64,000 nt of DNA from contig CAZSGP010000001.1 in NCBI GenBank assembly GCA_964606485.1, positions 33,085 through 97,084 of the forward strand, in the 5' to 3' direction. The position numbers were made by a program, and so were the translations under genes. Within the stretch, counting starts at the first letter, position 1; each line of letters starts with the position of its first letter. This document shows positions 57,610-64,000 of the stretch, one piece after another. Source of the stretch: an uncultured Planctomycetia bacterium (GTDB lineage: Bacteria > Omnitrophota > Gorgyraeia > 2-02-FULL-51-18). Below the pieces are notes generated by a model that was not told where the DNA came from, did not search any database, and saw only the letters and a list, made by a program, of their open reading frames with translations.

Positions 57610-59347
57610 ACTTAAAGGAATTGCCGCGTCGCCTGGCATTGCTGTCGGGAAAGCGTTTTTGCTCGATTCCGAAGAGCTCTCGATCCCGCGCCGTAGCATC
57701 AAAGAATCCGAAATTCCCAAAGAGATCACGCGCTTTGAAGATGCTCTTACGCGTACACGCGCGGAAATTCTTAACATCCGCGACAAGATCACCGATGAAA
57801 TCGGCAAAGATCACGGCGATATTTTTAATGCCCACCTTTTAGTCATTGAAGACCGCGCGCTTATTGAGGAAGTGATTGAGCGCGTTAAAAAAGAAAAACT
57901 CACCTGCGATTACGTATTGTCGCAAGTTCTTAAAAAATACATCCAATCCTTTTTAAAAATTGACGACGAATACCTACGCGAGCGCGTCAGCGATATTAAC
58001 GACGTTGGCCGGCGCATCATTCGCCACCTCGTCGGAGGACGTAAAACATCTTTGGCGGACATTAAAGAAAAAGTAATTGTGGTGGCGTATGACCTGTCAC
58101 CCAGCGACACCGCCGTGATGCACCGCAAGAACGTGATCGGCTTTGTGACGGATATCGGTGGACGCACTTCTCACACCGCCATCATGGCGAAATCTTTAGA
58201 AATTCCGGCCGTGGTGGGTATTGAAGTCGCGACACATCGCATTAAGGAAGGCGATACGATTATTGTCGACGGCGCTCAAGGCGTGGCCATTGTAAATCCG
58301 ACCGCCGCAGATCTTGCCAAATACAAAACCGACAAAGCCCGTTACGTGGAGTTTAATCGCGGCCTAAAGAAAATGAAGGACCTGGCTTGCGTGACGTCGG
58401 ATGGCCGGCGCATCGAACTTGCGGCCAATATCGAACTTCCAGAAGAAACCACGTCGGTGCTAGCGCATGGCGCCAATGGCATCGGGCTTTACCGCAGCGA
58501 ATTTTTGTACATGAACCGTTCCGGTCTTCCCAAGGAAGAGGAGCAGTTTGAGGCCTATAAAAAAGTGGTCAAAGAAATGGCGCCCAAGCCTGTCATTATC
58601 CGCACCTTTGATTTGGGCGGCGATAAATTCTTATCACATTTAGAAATGCCGCACGAAATGAATCCGTTTTTAGGCTGGAGAGCGATCCGGTTTTGTCTCG
58701 CGCGCCCTGAAATTTTCAAAGTTCAGCTCAGAGCCATTTTAAGAGCGAGCGCTTTCGGAAAGCTGCGCATGATGTACCCGATGATTTCGGGGATTACCGA
58801 GCTGCAGCAAGCCAATAAATTACTCGCGGAAGCCAAGCAGGAACTGCGCGCTAAAAAAATGTCCTTCGACGACAAGATTGAAGTCGGGGCGATGATTGAA
58901 ATCCCTTCTGCTGCACTCACCTGTGACATCCTGGCGCGGGAAGTGGATTTTTTCAGTATCGGCACAAACGATCTTATTCAATACGCGCTGGCGGTGGACC
59001 GTATCAACGAAAAAATTGCCTATCTGTACGAACCGGCGCATCCTGCGGTTTTGCGTCTCATTAAAATGATTATCGAAACGGGACACGCTAAAAATATCTG
59101 GGTCGGGATGTGCGGCGAGATGGCAGGGGACCGGCTTTTAACGCCGCTTCTTGTGGGTTTGGGTTTGGATGAGATTTCTGTATCGCCCTTGCTTTTGCCG
59201 GAAGTTAAAAAGATTATCCGCTCGCTTAATTTTAAAGAATGCCGCCAGATGGTCGACGAAGCGCTTAAGCTGAGTTCCGGCGAAGAAGTGATGGAATTTT
59301 TAAAATCCCAATCGCTCAAGCTCATTCGAAAAACGGCTGCTTCCTAA
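57587..59347 (+). CDS. ptsI: phosphoenolpyruvate-protein phosphotransferase (PTS Enzyme I)
   Basis: Phosphohistidine domain (GGRTSHTAIMA) and the PEP-utilising domain. Length is 586 aa. Confidence 0.93.
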   Translation: MKSQKSVKLKGIAASPGIAVGKAFLLDSEELSIPRRSIKESEIPKEITRFEDALTRTRAEILNIRDKITDEIGKDHGDIFNAHLLVIEDRALIEEVIERVKKEKLTCDYVLSQVLKKYIQSFLKIDDEYLRERVSDINDVGRRIIRHLVGGRKTSLADIKEKVIVVAYDLSPSDTAVMHRKNVIGFVTDIGGRTSHTAIMAKSLEIPAVVGIEVATHRIKEGDTIIVDGAQGVAIVNPTAADLAKYKTDKARYVEFNRGLKKMKDLACVTSDGRRIELAANIELPEETTSVLAHGANGIGLYRSEFLYMNRSGLPKEEEQFEAYKKVVKEMAPKPVIIRTFDLGGDKFLSHLEMPHEMNPFLGWRAIRFCLARPEIFKVQLRAILRASAFGKLRMMYPMISGITELQQANKLLAEAKQELRAKKMSFDDKIEVGAMIEIPSAALTCDILAREVDFFSIGTNDLIQYALAVDRINEKIAYLYEPAHPAVLRLIKMIIETGHAKNIWVGMCGEMAGDRLLTPLLVGLGLDEISVSPLLLPEVKKIIRSLNFKECRQMVDEALKLSSGEEVMEFLKSQSLKLIRKTAAS

Positions 59348-59353
59348 CGCTTC

Positions 59354-60103
59354 ATGGTCGCTATTATTCTTGCCGCAGGTTACGCCACACGACTTTACCC
59401 TCTTACCGAAAACCAACCCAAATGCCTTTTAGAGGTTGCGGGAAAAACCATTCTCGACGCGCTTTGTGAAAAGTTAGATGCGCTCGAAAACTTGAACCGC
59501 ATTGTGATCGTTACGAACGCCAAGTTTTATCGCATCTTGACGGATTGGAGTCAAAAAGCGCCTCACCGCGTGCGGATTGAGGTGCTAAACGATGGCACGA
59601 CGTCCAATGACACGCGTTTAGGGGCAACCGGTGACCTAAGTTTCGCCATTCAACAATCCAAAATTGACGATGATATTTTGCTGCTTGCTAGCGACAATTT
59701 ATTCGAAGAAGATCTAAAAGGGTTCACGAGTTTTGTCCATTCCCAGAAAAATGAAATCTGTGTGGCCGTGTATGACATTCAAGATAAAAACCTCGCTAAA
59801 AACACCTTCGGTGTGCTCGAACTGGATGCAAAATCACAGGTCGTGAGCATTGAAGAAAAGCCGGCTGAGCCTAAATCGAGTCTCATTGGGATGGGGATTT
59901 ATTATTTACCTAAGACTAAAATCAGTCGGATTGGACAGTATTTGGCTGACCCTGAGGCCAAAGACGCGCCGGGTTATTTTTTCCGCTGGCTGCTCGATTA
60001 TGAAAAAATTTTCGGTTTTCGATTTAAAGGCCTATGGTATGATATCGGGAATTTGGAAGCGCTTCAAAACGCGAATATCATTTTTTCGAAGCTAAAACAT
60101 TAA
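59354..60103 (+). CDS. sugar-phosphate nucleotidyltransferase (NTP_transferase domain)
   Basis: N-terminal AIILAAGYATRLYPLT G-rich loop typical of RmlA/GlmU-N-type enzymes. Confidence 0.8.
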   Translation: MVAIILAAGYATRLYPLTENQPKCLLEVAGKTILDALCEKLDALENLNRIVIVTNAKFYRILTDWSQKAPHRVRIEVLNDGTTSNDTRLGATGDLSFAIQQSKIDDDILLLASDNLFEEDLKGFTSFVHSQKNEICVAVYDIQDKNLAKNTFGVLELDAKSQVVSIEEKPAEPKSSLIGMGIYYLPKTKISRIGQYLADPEAKDAPGYFFRWLLDYEKIFGFRFKGLWYDIGNLEALQNANIIFSKLKH

Positions 60104-60122
60104 AAAATAGAAGAGAGAAATC

Positions 60123-61265
60123 ATGAGAGCCAAGAGTTGTTTATTTACTTCCGAGAGCGTTACCGAAGGTCACCCCGATAAAGTCGCGGACCAGATCTCC
60201 GACTCAGTATTAGATGCGATTCTAGCAAAAGACCCTACCGGTCGCGTTGCTTGCGAGACGCTCGTGACCACCGGTTTAGCATTTGTGGCGGGAGAAGTCA
60301 CGACGTCCTGCTACGTGGACATTCCTAAAATTGTTCGAAACACGATTAAAGAGATTGGTTATGACAGCCACGGCGCGGGATTTGATTACAATACTTGCTC
60401 AGTGGTGACCTCTATTCAAGGTCAATCGCCCGATATCGCCATGGGCGTCGACACGGGTGGAGCAGGCGACCAAGGCATGATGTTTGGTTATGCGACTGAT
60501 GAAACGCCAGAGCTCATGCCGCTCCCGATTTCTCTAGCGCATCGCCTCGCGCGCCGCGTCTCTGAACTACGTAAAAATAAATCATTAGAATATTTAAGGC
60601 CTGACGGTAAATCTCAGGTGACGGTCGAATATGTAAACGACAGACCTGTTCGCGTGGACACCGTGGTGGTGAGCGTTCACCATGACCGCAAGACGCATTT
60701 GAAAACGATCACGCAAGACATGAAAAAGCTTGTGATCGAAAAAGTGATCCCTGCGCACTATCTCGATAAAAAAACAAAAATCTACATCAACCCAACCGGC
60801 CGCTTTGAAGTGGGCGGTCCTCAGGCGGATACCGGTTTAACCGGCCGCAAAATCATTGCCGATACTTACGGCGGAGTCGGTGCGCATGGCGGCGGAGCGT
60901 TTTCGGGCAAAGATCCAACAAAGGTGGACCGCTCAGCGTGCTACATGGCGCGTTACATTGCTAAAAACATTGTCGCGGCAAAGCTTGCCACAAAATGTGA
61001 AATTCAGCTGGCGTACGCTATCGGAATTGCAGAGCCTGTTTCGGTGATGGTGAATACCTTTGGAACCGGAAAATTATCGGAACCCGAACTCACGAAGCTT
61101 GTTCGGCGGAATTTTAATTTGACGCCGGCCGGAATTATCCGCGACCTAAAACTGCGCCGTCCGATTTACAAGGCGACCGCGGCTTACGGACATTTTGGAC
61201 GCACCGAAGAAGGTTTTAGCTGGGAAGAAATTGACAAAGTCTCGCAACTCAAAAAAGGAATTTAG
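60123..61265 (+). CDS. metK: S-adenosylmethionine synthetase
   Basis: [21 protein letters not shown] and other MetK signatures. Length is 380 aa. Confidence 0.95.
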   Translation: MRAKSCLFTSESVTEGHPDKVADQISDSVLDAILAKDPTGRVACETLVTTGLAFVAGEVTTSCYVDIPKIVRNTIKEIGYDSHGAGFDYNTCSVVTSIQGQSPDIAMGVDTGGAGDQGMMFGYATDETPELMPLPISLAHRLARRVSELRKNKSLEYLRPDGKSQVTVEYVNDRPVRVDTVVVSVHHDRKTHLKTITQDMKKLVIEKVIPAHYLDKKTKIYINPTGRFEVGGPQADTGLTGRKIIADTYGGVGAHGGGAFSGKDPTKVDRSACYMARYIAKNIVAAKLATKCEIQLAYAIGIAEPVSVMVNTFGTGKLSEPELTKLVRRNFNLTPAGIIRDLKLRRPIYKATAAYGHFGRTEEGFSWEEIDKVSQLKKGI

Positions 61266-61269
61266 GAAA

Positions 61270-62529
61270 ATGGCAAAGTCTGATATTACGGATCTCAAGT
61301 TAGCACCTAAGGGAAAAGCGCGTATTGAATGGGCCGGCACACAAATGCCGGTGCTCGAGCGCATTCGCGAGCGTTTTTCGAAAGAAAAACCCCTAAAAGG
61401 AATGAAGCTTTCAGCTTGTCTTCACGTGACTTGTGAAACTGCGAACTTGATGGTGGCGCTGAAGGCCGGTGGAGCAGACTTGGTTTTGGTGGCCTCCAAT
61501 CCTCTCAGCACTCAAGACGACGTGGCGGCTTCTCTCGTTAAAGATTTTGGAATCTGCACTTTGGCCCGCCGCGGCGAAGACCGTAAAACTTATTACGATC
61601 ATATCTACGCTGCGCTAAACCATCAGCCTCATATGACGATGGACGATGGAGCGGATTTGGTTTCAGCCATCCACAAAGAGCCTGCGAAGTATAAAAAGAA
61701 CATCATTGGTGGAACCGAAGAGACAACGACTGGCGTGATTCGCCTGCGCAGTCTCGAGGGACAGGGCAAGCTTCTTTTCCCGATCGTGGCCGTCAACGAC
61801 GCCAACACTAAGCATTTATTTGATAACCGTTACGGCACCGGCCAGTCGACGATGGACGGTGTGATTCGCGCGACCAACGTTCTGATTGCGGGTTCAACCG
61901 TCGTGGTTTGTGGTTACGGATGGTGCGGACGCGGTGTGGCGACACGCGCGCGGGGCATGGGCGCTAAAGTCATTGTCACCGAAGTCGATCCCTTGAAGGC
62001 TCTCGAAGCCGTCATGGACGGTTTCCAAGTGATGCCGATGGCGGACGCTGTCAAAACCGGTCAAATTTTTGTAACCGTCACAGGAAATACCAGCGTCATT
62101 CGCAAAGAGCATTTTCTAAAGATGCCTGATCGCGCCATTGTCTGCAACTCTGGTCACTTTGACGTTGAGATTGATGTCGCGGCCTTGCAGAAAACCGCTA
62201 AAAAAGTGCGCCCCATGCGCGAAAACGTGGAAGAGTTCACACTGCCAGGCGGCAAGCGCGTTTATGTGCTGGCGCAGGGAAGACTCGTGAATCTGAGTGC
62301 GGCCGAAGGACATCCAGCGATGGTGATGGATATGAGTTTCGCTAACCAAGCGCTTTCCGCTGAGTGGGTAGCCAAAAACATCGATACGCTCGAAAATAAG
62401 GTCTACTCCGTGCCCGAAGACATCGATAAAGAAATTTCATCGATTAAACTTAAGACGATGGGCGTCAACATTGACCGCCTGACACCTGAGCAGGAAAAAT
62501 ACCTCTCCGCTTGGGAAGCGGGAACTTAA
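61270..62529 (+). CDS. ahcY: adenosylhomocysteinase
   Basis: AhcY family with NAD-binding GYGWCGRG. The start is chosen at the internal MAKSDITD with an RBS (aggaa); the ORF-track start at 61195 overlaps metK. Confidence 0.92.
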   Translation: MAKSDITDLKLAPKGKARIEWAGTQMPVLERIRERFSKEKPLKGMKLSACLHVTCETANLMVALKAGGADLVLVASNPLSTQDDVAASLVKDFGICTLARRGEDRKTYYDHIYAALNHQPHMTMDDGADLVSAIHKEPAKYKKNIIGGTEETTTGVIRLRSLEGQGKLLFPIVAVNDANTKHLFDNRYGTGQSTMDGVIRATNVLIAGSTVVVCGYGWCGRGVATRARGMGAKVIVTEVDPLKALEAVMDGFQVMPMADAVKTGQIFVTVTGNTSVIRKEHFLKMPDRAIVCNSGHFDVEIDVAALQKTAKKVRPMRENVEEFTLPGGKRVYVLAQGRLVNLSAAEGHPAMVMDMSFANQALSAEWVAKNIDTLENKVYSVPEDIDKEISSIKLKTMGVNIDRLTPEQEKYLSAWEAGT

Positions 62530-62530
62530 T

Positions 62531-63619
62531 TTAAGAAGTGTTTTTAATTAAGTAAATTCCAGAAGCGGCAAGCAGGATGTTGGCCATCCATGCCGCGAGA
62601 ATCGGGGGGAGATGGCCTCCTTTGCCCATGGCAAGTGAAACCGATTCGATCGCATAGTAAATCACGATCACCACTAAACCTGTCCCAAACCCTGCGGCAG
62701 CATTTTGACGCACACCGCGCATGGCGAGCGGCGCTCCCATCACCATCACGACGAGTGCTGTAAACGAAAAGGCGACCCGGTAATAAAAGTCAACCCAGAG
62801 CCGGTTGATCAGTTTGCGGCTGGTGCCCTTTAAATTTTTAATATAACGCCGCAGCTCCGAAGAGCTCATCAGATCAGATTGGGATGCTTCCCGGATAAAA
62901 TCATCCGGTTTTTCGGGAAGATCAAACACCGCTTTAGACGAGAACTCCGGCTCACCCACAATATCTCCCCGGCGGTTTAGGTTTTGTTTGAGCGATTCGT
63001 ATAAAATCCAGCGGCCGTCTTCGAAGCGCACTTTTTTGGCGGTGATCTTCATTTGTTGAGGCTCGGTGGGGTTGTCCTCAAAAATCACCACGTCGTGGAG
63101 CGTTTGATTTATTACTTCAAATTCTCTGGCAAAAATCATCCGGTGGTTTTGCCCGTAGTAAGTGAGATTAGAAATCGAGCGATCTTTTAAATCCTTTTTC
63201 CCTTTTAAGATTAGCCCTTGCATGATCGATTGAGAATTAATTTTAGATTGTGGCACCCACTTTTCGCCCGAGGCAAAGAGAAGCATGCTGATCAAAATTC
63301 CAATAAATAAATAGGGGGAGATAATGGTAAAAGCGCTTAAGCCGCCCGTTTTAAGGGCGATGACTTCATGGTGCCGATGCAGGTCTCCGAGAGAAAAGAG
63401 AATGGCGGCGAGGCATGCGATGGGCGCAATTTGCGACATCATCGACGGTAGAAGGTAGAGGTAGTAGGAGAGCACAATTTGTATCGTGACCCCGTGCCGC
63501 AAAAACTCGTTGATGTTGTTGAATAAATCTAGAACCACAAAAAGAAGGACGAGGAGTGCAACCACGTATAGCAGTGATTTAATGAAGTGACTGATGAGAT
63601 AGCGGTCGATGATGCGCAT
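62531..63619 (-). CDS. LptF/LptG-family LPS export permease (YjgP/YjgQ)
   Basis: N-terminus MRIIDRYLISHFIKSLLYVVALLVLLF, a periplasmic beta-jellyroll region and C-terminal TM helices. The start is trimmed to MRIIDRY. Confidence 0.85.
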   Translation of the reverse strand: MRIIDRYLISHFIKSLLYVVALLVLLFVVLDLFNNINEFLRHGVTIQIVLSYYLYLLPSMMSQIAPIACLAAILFSLGDLHRHHEVIALKTGGLSAFTIISPYLFIGILISMLLFASGEKWVPQSKINSQSIMQGLILKGKKDLKDRSISNLTYYGQNHRMIFAREFEVINQTLHDVVIFEDNPTEPQQMKITAKKVRFEDGRWILYESLKQNLNRRGDIVGEPEFSSKAVFDLPEKPDDFIREASQSDLMSSSELRRYIKNLKGTSRKLINRLWVDFYYRVAFSFTALVVMVMGAPLAMRGVRQNAAAGFGTGLVVIVIYYAIESVSLAMGKGGHLPPILAAWMANILLAASGIYLIKNTS

Positions 63620-63620
63620 T

Positions 63621-64000
63621 TTAGGTTCGAAACTTCCGGATGAAGAAAAAGAGGCTAGTCGAACCCAGTACAATGTTCGCAAATTGCAGGCCCAGCACCG
63701 CGTTCACGACTCCCTTTTTTGCCAGGCCATGTCCGCCGATTAAAAGAAGCCAGTAGAGTCCCAGCGCCAAAAGACCCACTCCGAAGCTCATTCGTTTTTC
63801 ACGCCGGTGTGTTCCAATCGCCGCCGCGGCGCCAATCAGCAAAAATACAATGCTCGACATGGCGAGGGCTGCTTTATTTTGAATTTCAGCGGCGAGCGAG
63901 TAAGTGTCTTTGATGCCCTCTTCTTTTAAGCGCGAAATCTCGCTCTTAATTTCTTTCACGGACATGTCTTTTGGTTTCTTGGTAATTTCTCCTGTTTCTT
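63621..64000 (-). CDS. LptF/LptG-family permease, C-terminal part; the gene continues beyond the window end
   Basis: C-terminal TM helices (AALAMSSIVFLLIGAAAAIG ... ). The frame stays open upstream of 63965 to position 64000 by my own translation (ETGEITKKPKDM...). Confidence 0.75.
   Translation of the reverse strand, partial: ETGEITKKPKDMSVKEIKSEISRLKEEGIKDTYSLAAEIQNKAALAMSSIVFLLIGAAAAIGTHRREKRMSFGVGLLALGLYWLLLIGGHGLAKKGVVNAVLGLQFANIVLGSTSLFFFIRKFRT

Noticed and set aside
61195-61269. Upstream start of ahcY at 61195
   Set aside because: It overlaps the metK 3' end. AhcY homology begins at MAKSDITD with an RBS.

Overview
This 64 kb window reads as a chromosomal segment from a Gram-negative (diderm) bacterium, probably an uncultivated lineage. 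The diderm call rests on LptF/G, ExbB/ExbD, an ArnT-like glycosyltransferase and a two-partner-secretion (TPS) exoprotein. I cannot assign a taxon from sequence alone. GC is moderate and coding density is high. There are about 60 protein genes and two tRNAs; I found no CRISPR array, no obvious IS element, transposase or integrase.

Gene content in order:
- an ABC-2 exporter (ATPase and permease)
- MgtE, Nudix hydrolase, PfkB-family kinase, peroxiredoxin, CCA-adding enzyme, ExbB/ExbD
- a metal-homeostasis block: CDF transporter, stand-alone receiver, then csoR-cusB-cusA followed by a DUF318 permease
- NYN-domain protein and RlmI methyltransferase
- a 2169-aa TPS-domain, beta-helix, YVTN-propeller exoprotein with in-frame tandem repeats
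- an 11-subunit complex I operon on the minus strand (nuoA-B-CD-H-I-J-K-L-M-N, with no nuoEFG)
- ArnT-like glycosyltransferase, histidine kinase, receiver, and livKHMGF
- a 2761-aa exported multidomain giant protein
- tRNA-Leu and tRNA-Gly
- ptsN, yvcK, a GH57 enzyme, ptsH and ptsI
- metK, ahcY and lptG/lptF

The most unusual element is the 2761-aa ORF. It embeds a GHKL-ATPase-like, a Nudix and a PLP (fold-type II) domain in a long helical scaffold. The segments are punctuated by a G-A-R-[L/M]-A pentapeptide that recurs six times with different codons. Coordinates of non-ORF features are approximate to about 1-2 nt.
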